NCBI RefSeq assembly: GCF_001194135.2
Contig: NC_069008.1
Span: 9,466,683 to 9,530,682 of the forward strand
Source of the DNA: Octopus bimaculoides
Lineage: Eukaryota
Direction: 5' to 3'
Length of the DNA stretch: 64,000 nucleotides
Below are positions 1 to 11,611 of the stretch, in pieces (position 1 is the stretch's first letter; every line of letters starts with the position of its first letter). The position numbers and the translations under genes are program-made. The notes under the pieces were generated by a model. That model was not told the origin of the DNA. It ran no database searches and saw only the letters and a list, made by a program, of their open reading frames with translations.

Positions 1-850
1 TGACTTTAGCCCTTTCAAATGGGTCCACCATACCACCTCTTTTGCTACAGCCACTAGACAAAGGAAAATTGACTTGCCCTCTCGGTTAAAGGAGGTCGGT
101 GGGGCAATCTTCACTATGGATTCACGCGACAGTAGCTGTTAGACAAAAACCCACAGGTCAGCAATACTAGGGCACTGGACGAGTGCGTGCAGAATGGTTT
201 CATCACTCTGAGCGCACCTTGGGCAGGCTTGGTAGAGTTTATCTCGAACAGGCAGCGACCCTTGGTAGCACTGCCAGGCGAGGGACCTTTGGAAGTTATC
301 CATGGGCCCCAGCCTGAAAGTTCTTCCGAACAGAGTGTTTAGCTGATTATCATTGATGCCTAGAGTTTCCCCAAGAATGTCGTCGCACTTTTCCTCTACT
401 AACCCTCTATAGAACAGCGGTCGGGACAAGGGACAACAGTCAAACAGTAATAGATGACGGATGCGATGTATGCATTCGCCACCTCCGCTCAACCTTTCAG
501 GGACAGCTTCCTCTTGGCGCATTTCTGGGTGAGATTGGCCACCCTGCTCGTCACTTCATCCCAGTTTTTCTCTACTTGGAGGTCCAAACTGAACTAGACC
601 CCAAGCACTTTAACAGAACAGTCTGTCCAGCACCCTACAATACTGTTGGATGGCATGGACTTGCCCCTCCAGGTGCCCAGTTGCAAGCCCACCGACTTTT
701 CCATGCTAATTTTTGCACCTGTCACCGCTTCGTATTTGTTTAGCGTCTCACCAATCAAGTCAATGTGCCTGTGGCTCGACACCATCCAGGCGACGTCATT
801 GGCGTGTGCAGACACGCTCTTTCCACATCCCAGATCACAGGAGATGCACC
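1..850 (-). mobile_element. L1/Tx1-clade LINE ORF2 fragment (end of RT plus C-terminal Zn-finger region), internally deleted
   Basis: ORFs 594-815 (SAHANDV, a degenerate YADD; KYEAVTGAKISMEKSVGLQLGTW) and 139-522 (LFYRGLVE...WQCYQGSLPVRDKL...CPRC...ETILHALVQC). Homologous to the copies at 22.1-23.3 kb and 47.5-48.8 kb. Confidence 0.85.
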
Positions 851-1272
851 TTCCATCTTCCTGTGTTTAATGTTGAAAATTTCGTATATTATTGTTCTTC
901 TGTTTGTCTCGTTTATTAGTGTCTGTGGAGTGTTAAGAAAGACACTGTTTCCATCCTTCCTTAACAACTCTTTTGCAGTTTTAATATCGTCCATTGTAAC
1001 ATTGATTTCTTCCAAGAGCAAGCACGTGTGAAAGATAGATAGATAGGTAGTGTTGTTACTATTATAACTAACAAGTTTTTAAAGATATATAGTCTTTTTT
1101 TTTGGGGGGGGGGGTTGCTTATGTGTTTCTGCATCTTTCAACATAAGGACTTGTTAAGGTTATCTCTACAGATTTTCTTTAGAAATTAGAACCAGCCTGA
1201 TTTGTTACAACATTTCATATCCGAATATGTCTAGTGTAAACAATGCAATTGAAGATGGAAAAATAGATAATG

Positions 1273-1317
1273 GGTGTATATGCATATTTCAGGAGTTCTT
1301 GCACCTTCTTCAGCACC
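1273..1317 (-). ncRNA. Type I hammerhead ribozyme motif (minimal, palindromic stem III)
   Basis: Minus strand reads GGUG-CUGAAGA-AGG(UGCAAGAACU)CCU-GAAA-UAUGCAUA-UA-CACC. Core, stem I GGUG/CACC, stem II AGG/CCU and stem III palindrome AUAUGCAUAU are all present; cleavage triplet AUA. Confidence 0.75.
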
Positions 1318-1544
1318 ACATCCAACCCATTAACCATTCACAAACTCATTGCTTAAATAGCCTCTAAATATAGAAGTGTAACGCTATTGGATATACTAAT
1401 TTTACACACTGAACACATTGCTGACAGCTGGTACATACATATTAATTACTTGTAGGAACGTGTTTAAAATGTAAAATTGGTGTATCCAATAGTGTTAGCG
1501 ACTATTTAAGCAATGAGTTTGTGGATGGTTAATGGGCTGGATGT

Positions 1545-1589
1545 GTTGCTGAAGAAGGTGCAAAACCTTCTGAAATACGCATATACAAC
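1545..1589 (+). ncRNA. Type I hammerhead ribozyme motif (partner copy in the opposite arm)
   Basis: GUUG-CUGAAGA-AGG(UGCAAAACCU)UCU-GAAA-UACGCAUA-UA-CAAC. Stem I GUUG/CAAC is a compensatory variant of GGUG/CACC in the other arm. Confidence 0.65.
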
Positions 1590-2147
1590 CATTATCTATT
1601 TTTCCATCTTTAATTACATTGTTTACATTAGACACATTCAAATATGAAATGCCATAACGTCAGTGCTGGCTATAAATTCTATAGAAAATCTGTAGAGATA
1701 ACTTTGCAAAGTGATTTAATAGCACTGCTAACACGGTAGGAAAAAGTATTGACTTATAATGCATTCAATATACTTCATAGTATTTTATGGTTGCATAACA
1801 AAATACAGTGATCCTACAAGTAATCAGCATACAGAAAATGTAATACAGACTTCAAAAAAAGACTTTCACGTTGAAGAGAAGAAAAGGTTGTTGGTGAGAG
1901 AGAGAGAGAGAGAGAGAGAAGTGAAAGATAGATACAGAAGTATTGTTGTCACCATATCAACTAACAAGCTTTGATTAAAAATGCAGGAATTTTAAGCGCA
2001 AGTTTGTCAACACAACAGAACACAAACTTCAAAAACAACTATATGTATATATGATACACATAGTTATTTTTATTTTTGTATGTGTGTATGTTTCTGTATG
2101 TCTTTCAATGTATAGAGAAGGCAACACAGACTTCAACAAAATAAATA

Positions 2148-2335
2148 GGCGCAGGCATGGCTGTGTGATAAGAAGCTTGCTTTCCAACTACATGGTTCTA
2201 GATTCTGTCCACTGTGTGGCACCTTCGGCAGTGTTTTCTCCTATAGCCTTGGGCTGATGAAAGCCTTGTGAGTGGAATTGGTAGATGAAAACTGAAAGAA
2301 ACCCATTGTGTGTATATATATATATATATATATAT
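2148..2335 (+). mobile_element. tRNA-derived SINE (family A), 5' part
   Basis: GGCGCAGGCATGGCTGTGTGATAAGAAGCTTGC...GCACCTTCGGCAGTG...GCCTTGTGAGTGGAATTGGTAGATGAAAACTGAAAG, then (TA)n. Related copies at about 16250-16610 (-), 17160-17305 (-) and 43110-43230 (+). The 3' part of an oppositely oriented copy is at about 2565-2770. Confidence 0.75.
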
Positions 2336-3567
2336 NNNNNNNNNNNNNNNNNNNNNNNNNNNNNNNNNNNNNNNNNNNNNNNNNNNNNNNNNNNNNNNNN
2401 NNNNNNNNNNNNNNNNNNNNNNNNNNNNNNNNNNNNNNNNNNNNNNNNNNNNNNNNNNNNNNNNNNNNNNNNNNNNNNNNNNNNNNNNNNNNNNNNNNNN
2501 NNNNNNNNNNNNNNNNNNNNNNNNNNNNNNNNNNNNNNNNNNNNNNTATATATATATATATATTCTTTTCCTCTTTTACTTGTTTCAGTCATTTGACTGT
2601 GGCCATGCAGGAGCACTACCTTAAAGGGTTTTAGTCAAAGAAATTCACCCCGTCTCTTTTGCCGAGCTGCTAAGTTACAGGAACATAAACAAACCAGCAT
2701 CGGTTGTTAAGCAATGGCAGTGATACAAACACAGACACACACACATAACACAAACACAGACACACACAAATACTCCTAAAATTCTGCGAGTGCTTGCTGG
2801 TCTGTCATTTAATGCAGCCAAATTGGAGCATAGTGGGAAATACTCTAAAAGTAAATTACCCCTGAAATGTGAATTCAAACGAAATAAAACAAATCGGACA
2901 ATGGGTTTCCAAGATGTGTTCTCTTTGGGGTTTGTTTCTACAAATTGAAGCAGTAAAACCTGGAGTTATTGCTCTTTACTGTGAACTCTGGATAGTTTTT
3001 TGTTGGCCTAACCACAGATATGTACCCTTCCGACTTTGTTGCCTCATAACCTCCTGAAAAATGGATACTTTTTAACAAAATTTTCAACAAATACCGCTTA
3101 CATACTGTACATTCAGGGTATATAGGAATTTATGGAAAAGAATTTTTCTGAGGATGTGGGGAGAGGAGTTTCGGAAAATTCACATAATCCGACTTTTTTC
3201 CCCTCATAACTTTCAGGAAATTGAATTTCTTTTAATGAAATTTTATACAAACGGCATAGATTACAACTATAAAGAAATTTGTAGGGAAAATTTATTCCAA
3301 GGGGGTGAGGAGAGGAACAATGTGGAAATTACCTGTACTGGCCATGCCATATGAAACACATTATATATAGTTTCAGTAATAATAGCCAAATTATTGTTAT
3401 GTATAGCCAACCTGAGCATATAAGGTGAAAGGTTTGCCATGTAATTATATTTTTTGGGGGTGGATTTGGGTTTTTTACTGGCAACATAGATGAGCATTGC
3501 AGAGTTACCTGCTGAGCAGCATGACAACTTCATTCTCAAGAACAGCGAACACAAATTCTGACAAAAG

Positions 3568-4107
3568 ATGCTGAACAGTATAAGGACAGCAAGACAATAC
3601 TCTCAAGAACAGTGTGAAGGTATTTTAGAAAATAATGCTGCACAACATCATGATGCACATCAGCGACATTCATATGAAGAAAGACAACAATTCAGAAATA
3701 ATCGTCAAAACAGACACAGAAGGATATTAAATATAGCAAGACAGCATGACATTGATACCATGATGAAAGTTCATGTCAAAGTAACCCATCATAGCTGTAA
3801 CATAATGAACTGCAATGCACTGTTGCTTATGGCACAGTACACTAGAGGTGCCTTCGCTTACCTAGATTTTAGTATTTGCTGCAAAGCTGGTTTAATTTGC
3901 ATTCCTGAAATACCAGATTTACCTGAGGAATTATATCAGCTGTTTATACTTAATTTACGTGAAGCAAAATATCTAAAGAGAAACATTCAGAGGTTTAACA
4001 GCACCATGGCCAAATGTAGCATGAAAGCAAATCATGTTAAAGTTGCTCAAGGTCTTTCTACCCATAAAATTCATGGCATGGTTTGCAGCTTTTTTGAAGT
4101 CCCATGA
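3568..4107 (+). mobile_element. Helitron Rep/Hel N-terminal region relic
   Basis: ORF contains CNALL...FSICCKAGLICIPEIPDLPEELYQL...AKYLKRNIQRFNSTMA..SMKA...KIHG. This matches the CxxC..CC..G..LP..P..L..F..NIR.YNS..A..S...IHG pattern of Helitron RepHel N-termini. Confidence 0.72.
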
Positions 4108-5369
4108 AATAATGCTGTAAACAACCCATCTTGCTTGCAGACATACTTCTATAACTCAAAAGAGCAGATGCAGAGGTAGTTTCTGATGGTGTTATCTTAT
4201 GAAAGCTTCATTTTGCTAGGATTTAAGCAGATAACACTTATTTACAATTGTTGAGAGAGCAGTGCTAGCCATTTCTTGAGTTCTTCTTTAACCCTCTGAC
4301 ACAGACCTACCATTCACTCTATGAAGATTACAACTCCCCATCAGACCTGCTTTTGTTGTGACAATAAATAAGAGTCAAGAACAAAGTTTAGAGAGATGTG
4401 GATTGTATCTAGTGCTCATACACAGACAATTTTATGTTGCTAACAGAAGAGTGGAGGACCTTGAAAACCAGCACGTACACACAGACCAAACTGAATTCAA
4501 AAGCTCAGCCAAGAAGAGACAAGATGATGGAAAATAACCTTATAAGGAATGTTGTTTACCATGAAGTTATCTTATGAGATATTCTTCAATGGAAAAAAAA
4601 GTATTTAAAGTTTTCAAACTGTTACTAATGTTCACCAAGAAAGTCAATCTAAACATTATTTGGACAATTTATGAAGGTACCTGTATGACTTAGAAATATT
4701 TTTATCCAGCAGCATAGTGATTTGATACTTCTTTTATTGACCCTAAAAGGGTATTGAACTAGTAAGTTAGAAAATAAATGAAACAAAGATTGTTTTAGAG
4801 AGATAATTCATAAAAAAAAATAAATAAATAAAAACAATCCAAAAACACATTATTTTTATGAAAATGGTGAAAGCTAATTTTTTAAAAAAGAATTTTTTAT
4901 TAAATGATGTTAAAGGCACCTTATCTTGTAAAACCCCAGAGATTTTCCACAGAACCACCCAATAAATTAATGTAACTCACACTACACATAGTGGTGGTGG
5001 TGGCGGTGATGGTGGTGTAACAGTCAGTTTTGGAATTGAACCAAATTGCTGATATAATCCATCAGTAGGAATTAATTCTTGATAGGACAAAGGTGGGAAA
5101 AGAACTTTGGGATGGACTGAGATTTGAACTCAGAATGTACAGAAGTGAAACAGACACTGCTAGGCATTCTGTCCAACACTTTAACAGTTCCCTCAATCCA
5201 CCATTTTTGATTTGGTACTTCTTTTATTGACCCTAAAAGGATGAAAGGCAAAGTTGACCTTGATATGATTTGAAAATGAAAAGATGATGAGAAGCTGAGG
5301 TAGTGTGAAAGGTTTTAATATATTTACATGAACAGGGAAGAAGCCCTTGGAAATCCCAGTTAGCTTATT

Positions 5370-5380
5370 TGTTTTTCAAA

Positions 5381-5416
<36 letters not shown>

Positions 5417-5770
5417 AGGAAGGAAGGAAGGAAGGAAGGAAGGAAGGAAGGAAGGAAGAAGGATAGGCATGCAGGCAGGTAGATAGGTAGGTAAATAGAT
5501 ATGTAGATAAGTAGGTAGATAGACAGGTAGGTAGGTAGGTAGGAAGGTAAATAGTATGGAGAGACATGCACATACACAAAAGGAGACAGAAACCCACAAC
5601 CATACACACACACTGAAGCATACTTGGAGCACACAGGCACACAGACACACACATACACCATGCATACACATGCACACACATCACATATATGCACATACAT
5701 ATATCTACAAGGCATACACAAACCATGCATACACACACAGGCATGTAAGGCACACATGCATACACAACAG
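5370..5770. repeat. Compound microsatellite (AAAG)n-(AAGG)n-(AGGT/AGAT)n followed by a CA-rich tract
   Basis: Directly visible. It accounts for the low-complexity ORFs called at 5360-5933. Confidence 0.95.
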
Positions 5771-6461
5771 ATGCGGTTACAAACAGCGAAGAAAAACTTT
5801 GATAGTAAAAAACAAAAAAAAAAAAAANNNNNNNNNNAAAAAAAAAAAAAAAAAAAAACAAACAACTGGCTGTTTAACCAAGTTAAACAAAGAATCAATT
5901 AGTTGGACATTTAACCAATTGACTAATGAATAATAAAGAAGTGGAATTGAACCAGTAAGTGTGTTATTAATATTGGTATAATGACTCTCCTTAGACACAA
6001 CAAAATAATAACAAGAGCACTCAGAGAGCACAAACCTCCGCTAAGGCAACACCAACGCCCTCTCAGTGATTAGCCAGAGATGATTTTTAAAATGAGAATA
6101 TCTGAAATAAACTCAGATGCTCTCAAAAATTAAGTAAAAAAGACAGAAAAATAATCCAGAATCCTTGTCTGGTACCTGATCGATCCCAATGGTAGTCAAG
6201 GAATGTGAAGGTGACTGTAGAAAATTTAGTAACTGTAATAAATAGTTTATCCTTATCTAATACAAGTCAAAGTTAACAAATTCACCATTCAAAATAGTTT
6301 CAAAGGCGGAGGTAATAATAATAAGTTTTACTCAGGAATTTTTACTCAGGAATAACATAAGACAGTTTGGTTTTCTCTTCTCTTACATTCCAGCCTTCCT
6401 GTTGCTTTAGATCAATGTAAGTATACTGTAAAGTGTTAATATGCATGTTTAATATATAATA

Positions 6462-6962
6462 TACTAGCAGTATAGCCCAGCGCTGCTCGGGATTAAGCTA
6501 GGATTATTAAGTGATCAAGTGCTTTATTTCAAACCAAAATAAGTAACAAAGACATCAGATTTGAGCGAAATCCGTTGAAATTGGTTTGGCTGAAAATGGT
6601 TTGCTGGCAATTTGATTGGGAAATCCCATAAGGAATCAGTTTATTGGTTATTTCCACTCATTGACTGTTTTTTTAAATGTTGCATTAGAGATCTGCATAG
6701 GAGAAGGTTGATCTGAAGGTTTGCATTGGGGATCTGGATTGGAGTAACTTAGGAAAACTTACCAACAGCCTTAACCAAAAAATAAGGGGCATGTCCCTTC
6801 TAGGTTAACTCTAACCCTAAACCCTAACCCTAACACCAACCCTAATCCTAATCCTAACCCTAACACTAACCTTAACCCTAACCCTAACCCTAACCCTAAA
6901 ACCCTAACCGTAACATCCTAGTGGAAATCGTGCAGGTGTTAATGTGAAAAATTACCAAACCC
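6462..6962 (+). mobile_element. Probable non-autonomous Helitron/Helentron-like element carrying (CCCTAA)n-like repeats
   Basis: Begins TACTAGCAGTATAGCCCAGCGCTGCTCGGG, resembling HINE/DINE-type 5' ends from recall. Degenerate CCCTAA array at 6811-6914. The 3' end is not resolved (N gap). Confidence 0.4.
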
Positions 6963-8344
6963 NNNNNNNNNNTTCGCTCCCAAAGTAGTATATGTGCGCG
7001 TGTGTGAGAGTGAGAGGGGGGGAGAAAGATGAACGATTTAAAATAAATAAATGATTTTAAATAAATATATTTTAATTGTTGTGTGAGAAAGTATATATAA
7101 TCTCATTATAGAATATAGTGTCTTTCAAAAACATCTTATATTTTAAACTATATTTCATGTTTAAGAAAAAAAAATGCATTTTATATTTTACACTTACTCT
7201 GTCTTCCTTACCTACATTTTCTTTCGTAATATGCTTTGTTTCCCTCTTCCAGACGCTGGCAAAGTAAACTCTGTCTTGGTTAAAAAAAAATGCTTTGCTT
7301 TCTGTCTCCCTTTCCCACTTTTTCATTTTTTTTTTGTTGGACACTAGCAAACACTCTGTATCTCCCCCCTGTCACAAACACACTATTTCTGTCTGTCTGT
7401 CTCTCTCTCCCCTTCACGCACGTACACACAGATTTGACTTCGCCATGAAAGAAAAAGTTGACGAAAATGCAGATAGGGTCATGACAAATGTCCTCCTAAA
7501 ATTGGAGCAACATGCGTGCTAATTTGTGGACGTGCATAAAGTATAATCATGTACACACACACACACACACATCCTGCCTTATATATATATGCATATATTA
7601 CAAAAATACAAAAATACATTAGTGTTATTTAATTTCTGAACAGTTTTGCTGCCATTTGTTTAGGTAGTTTGATTTCTTTATCTATTAGTTTCTACTAAGA
7701 TAGAGACGCAAGTAAAATTGATAATAGAGAAATGAAAATAAAGCTTTGGAATCAGCAATGCCACCATAACTTACATGGAAACCGTAAGATCGTAATACTT
7801 CATGTAAAGTAAAGTAAATATAACAAATAATCCAGAATCCTTGACTGGTACTGCAACAATCCCCAAATCTAATCAGTTCGTGTCCGTTACAAGGCCAAAC
7901 ACCCTGTTTTTTTTTTTTCTGTAGCTATTATGTATTTGGATTACCCATCTCTACCACTAAGTAACAAATACTTTCAACAACTTCCAAGCATTTGGAAAAA
8001 AGTCATAGATTTATAAAGAGGAGACATGGTCTCAGCTGGAAATCTTAATCCTCAGTGCCCTGGCCTGAAATTGACCTGGGGAAAAAAACAATCACAATAG
8101 CAATGGCTTCTGATTTAGGCTCAAGGCAAACAAATTCGAAGGGAGGAGATTATTTAATACCAATGATCTTGACAGGTGCTTTATTTTATCGATCCTGAAA
8201 GAATAAAAGGGCAAGTTGATGTTGGCAGGATTTGAACTGAGAATATGAAGAGCTTGATAATATACCACAAAGCAATTTTCTGACTCTCTAACAATAATAA
8301 TAATAATCATTATTATTATTATTATTATTATTATTGTTATTATG

Positions 8345-8995
8345 TAAGGCAGCAAGCAGGCAGAATCGTTAGCACACTGGGTAACATGTTTAGCAGCATT
8401 TTGTCCATCCTTATGTTCTAAATTCAAATGCCACCAAGGTTGACTTTGCCTTTCATCCTTTAGGGAGTCGATGAAATAAGTACCTGTTGTGCACTGGGGT
8501 TGATGTAAGTAACTAGCCCCTCCCCCAAAATTGCAGGCCTTGTGTCGATAGTTGAAAAATTATTATTATTATTATTACTGTTATGTAAGGTGGCAAGCTG
8601 TCAGAATCGTTAGCACACTGGGCAAAATGTTTAGTGGCATTTTGTCTGTACTTACGTTCTAAGTTCAAATACCACTGAGGTTAGCTTTACCTTTCATCCT
8701 TTCGAGGTTGATAAAATAAGTTCCAGTTGTGTACTGGGGGTCAATGTAATTGACTCAACCTCTCCCCCAAAATTTCAGGCCTTGTGCCTATAGTAGAAAG
8801 GATTATCATTATTATTATTATTAAAGTAGTAAGTTGGCAAAATTGTTAGCACTCTGGGTAAAATACTGAAATACTGAGCAGCATTTTATCCATCTTTATG
8901 TACTGAATTCAAATTTCGCTGGTCAACTTCGCCTTTTACCTTTCAAGGTCAATGAATTAAGTACTAATTGGGCACTGGGGTCAATTATTAGGAAG

Positions 8996-9039
<44 letters not shown>

Positions 9040-9365
9040 TTTGGTAAAATCATTAGAATGTAGGAACAAGTACTTTGTAGTATTTCTTAGGACTCTTTAG
9101 TTTCCCAGTTCAAATCCTGCTGAAGTCAACTTTACCTTCATCCCTTCTGAGGTTAATAAAGTACCAGTCAAGTACAGGAGTTGATGTAAACAATTAGCTC
9201 TTCCTCTCAAAATTGCTGGCCTTATTCCTAATTCAGAAACAGTTATTAAGCATGGCAGATTGGCAGAATTGTTAGAGCATCAGGAAAAGTGCTTTGCAGT
9301 ATTTGCTCTAACCCTTCATCCTCTTCCTTTAAAACTGCTGGCCTTGCACCTAAATTTGAAATAAC
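8345..9365 (+). repeat. Head-to-tail array of about five diverged SINE (family B) copies separated by (ATT)n
   Basis: Recurring GGCAGAATCGTTAGCACACTGGG...TTCAAAT...GACTTTGCCTTTCATCCTTT..GGG..GAT.AAATAAGTACC units starting near 8345, 8585, 8830, 9045 and 9250. Confidence 0.85.
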
Positions 9366-9424
9366 TATTATTATTTCTAAAACAGTGACAAGACAATCAA
9401 TCTTTTAAATAGCCTCATACTTAC

Positions 9425-9539
9425 TGACTTCATTGAAATCATCAAATGTGATTTTGCCTGTCTCCTCAATATCGTAATCATAAAGTATTTTTAGCACATT
9501 GTCTTTTTTCACTTCAAAACCCAAAGCCCTCATGCACAC
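9425..9539 (-). CDS. CETN3: Centrin-3 coding exon 3 (VCMRALGFEVKKDNVLKILYDYDIEETGKITFDDFNEV, phase 1 end)
   Basis: Acceptor TTAATTTACAG, donor GTAAGT, 115 nt. In frame with exon 2, with strong similarity to human CETN3 VAMRALGFDVKKADVLKILKDYDREATGKITFEDFNEV. Too short to appear in the ORF track. Confidence 0.95.
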
Positions 9540-9695
9540 CTGTAAATTAAGAAAAGAGAGATAATTAGAAATGCTCACAGCCAAGCAAATAACACCTTCA
9601 TCTTTGTCTTCTCTTCTCAGAAAAACAAGCTACCTTCCCTTTTCCATTTACTGCTTACTACCAGACCAACAATTCCTTAATCTCTTCCTCAACTC

Positions 9696-10267
9696 CAGTG
9701 GGTCTCAAACTGGGGTATGCCCACTCCTTGGAGTATACAAGAAAAACCATGAAGGTACACAGAGTTTGAAATTTCAGAGTAATCACAACCAACTAAACAC
9801 AATTTGTGTACCTAGAAATGTATGGACAGCTTTCGCTGATCTTGTTCACCTATTCACTTACAAGGTTTCCAGCAGCATCTATAACCAAAAACAAATTTCA
9901 TATTAAGTTATCAAATGTGAATGGTATTCAGCTATGCTTCTCTGAAACAGTGCTTACAATTAAGTTATTTATGAGAAAGAGTCAAGCTCATCTGTCTCAC
10001 TAAAAATGTAATATTTCTTACATAGGTACAAAGTTAGAAATGTTGAAAGAGAAGGAACTTGTTTATATCAACCCCAGTACTTGATTGGTACATTATGAAT
10101 CCAAGAAGGGTGAATGATGATGATGACAACAGCAGGATTTAAACTAAATTAATAACAAATAATGCATACCTTTTGCATGTTCTACAGTAACTATCTTACA
10201 CCATATTCTCCATATTCTCCAGACATGAAGAAGGGACACACCAGACGAAAATGTTTGAGAACCCCCG
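9696..10267 (+). mobile_element. hAT (Charlie/Buster-like) non-autonomous relic
   Basis: Ends CAGTGGGTCTCAAAC ... GTTTGAGAACCCCCG. ORF 9806-10003 ends TKNKF...LSNV...L.FS...I.L...SQAHLSH*, resembling the KTKxRNRL...KQAHxSH* terminus of Buster/Charlie transposases. No clean TSD. Confidence 0.55.
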
Positions 10268-11239
10268 CTCTACATATTGCTGAAAACCAACAGCTTCAAA
10301 TGTGAGACTTTCCACTGGTCACATTCTTTGAACTTCTCTTTGTATTAATTGTTGCAACACAAACCTTTACAAGCTTCCACAAATTCTGAACTTTACTCTA
10401 ATTAGAACTATAGTTTAGATTTTCAAGTGGGATATTTTGTTGAAGTTAGAGAGGCTTGGGTAAAGCTTCATGAATTTTTATTAATGCACTAGAAATTACT
10501 GGCACAAATCACAAAATAAAACGTCTCATCCAGGAATTGAAACTTGGTTACAAACTCTTTGTTATCTTGTGAATTATAAGGTCTAATTGAGCAGAGCTGT
10601 GACCAAAAGTGTTTTAAATGTCACCTTTCCATCTTAAAAAAGGAAGATCAAATCGGCTAATGTAATTCTTGATGGATCGAGTGACTTTATAGGCATGAAT
10701 TTATATTGTTTGCTTCCACGGCAATCATTATATATACCATTTATTATCGTTATTGATAACATGATTTTCTGAAGTGACACCATTGTTAAATGAATCTATC
10801 ATCTGCTCACAGGAAAGATTTGGCTGCTATTTCAAGCAAATCTAGCTTAAACTTCTGATGGATTCTTTGCAAAGAGAATGATAACTGACAATGTGAACAT
10901 TGGTGGGGTCTAACAAAGAATTTAGAAATGTATTTTGCTTTAATGTTGACTTTAGACGTCTCATTTGAGAAGCGTTCAGAGATTAATAGTTATCAAGCTA
11001 AAGTGAGATGATTCTAAAACATTGGCGTAACTTTAAAAAGCTATCGTCTGCTCACAATTCATAAAATAATACTTTGGTTATTTCCAGCTAATCTCACTTT
11101 CAAACGATGTTTGTCAAATACATGTGTGTGTGTGTGTGTGTGTGTGCTGTGTACGTACACCTGAGTGAATGTGAAAGAGAAAGGAAACGCATGTATATAT
11201 ACATATACATGTGTATATAGAAATATATATATATCATCA

Positions 11240-11590
11240 TCATCACTGTTGTCATTTAACATCTGCTTTCCATGCTGGCATGGGTTGGACAGTTTGACTG
11301 AGAACAGAAGGCTGCACCAGGCTCCAAAGTTTCTATAGTTGGATGCCCTTCCTAATGCCAACCACTCTTAGAGTGTAGTGGGTGCTTTTTACGTGCCACC
11401 AGCACAAGGGCCAGTCAGGTGGTACTGGCATCAACCACGCTTGAATATAAATATCATCATCGTTTAACGTCCGCTTTCCATGCTAGCATGGGTTGGACGA
11501 TTTGACTGAGGACTGGTGAACCAGATGGCTGCACCAGGCTCCAATCTGATCTGGCAGAGTTTCTACAGCTGGATGCCCTTCCTAACGCAT
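11240..11590 (-). mobile_element. Two short elements carrying the RTE-type 3' tail (SINE-like or 5'-truncated RTE)
   Basis: CATCATC(G)TTTAAC(G/A)TC(C/T)GCTTTCCATGCT(A/G)GCATGGGTTGGAC...GGATGCCCTTCCTAA occurs twice. It is the reverse complement of the tail of the RTE ending at 15720. Confidence 0.8.
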
Positions 11591-11611
11591 ATATATATAT
11601 ATATATATATA

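Larger units (their letters stand above)
1160..1701. repeat. Imperfect ~540-bp inverted repeat made of two hammerhead-bearing (probably PLE terminal repeat) copies
   Basis: TTATCTCTACAGATTTTCTTTAGAA (1160) is a near-exact reverse complement of TTCTATAGAAAATCTGTAGAGATAA (to 1701). Arms at about 1210-1405 and 1470-1650 are clearly complementary, with a spacer at about 1410-1470. Confidence 0.9.

Noticed and set aside
755-1021. 88-aa minus-strand ORF as a possible downstream CETN3 exon or other host exon
   Set aside because: No EF-hand or centrin similarity, and no convincing acceptor. Its 3' part runs into the L1 fragment. The origin is unresolved (possibly a TE N-terminus).
2188-2634. Long ORFs spanning N runs (also 26558-27006, 36031-37099, 41488-42082, 62505-62927)
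   Set aside because: They are open only because of assembly gaps.
5360-5933. Overlapping 90-177 aa ORFs
   Set aside because: They are translations of microsatellites.
8345-9365. Repeat array as CRISPR-like or satellite
   Set aside because: The units are diverged SINE copies of about 230 bp with no unique spacers, and the DNA is eukaryotic.
10410-10570. Stop-free + strand frame (QVGYFVEVREAWVKLHEFFINALEITG...)
   Set aside because: No recognisable homology and no clear splice signals, so chance cannot be excluded.
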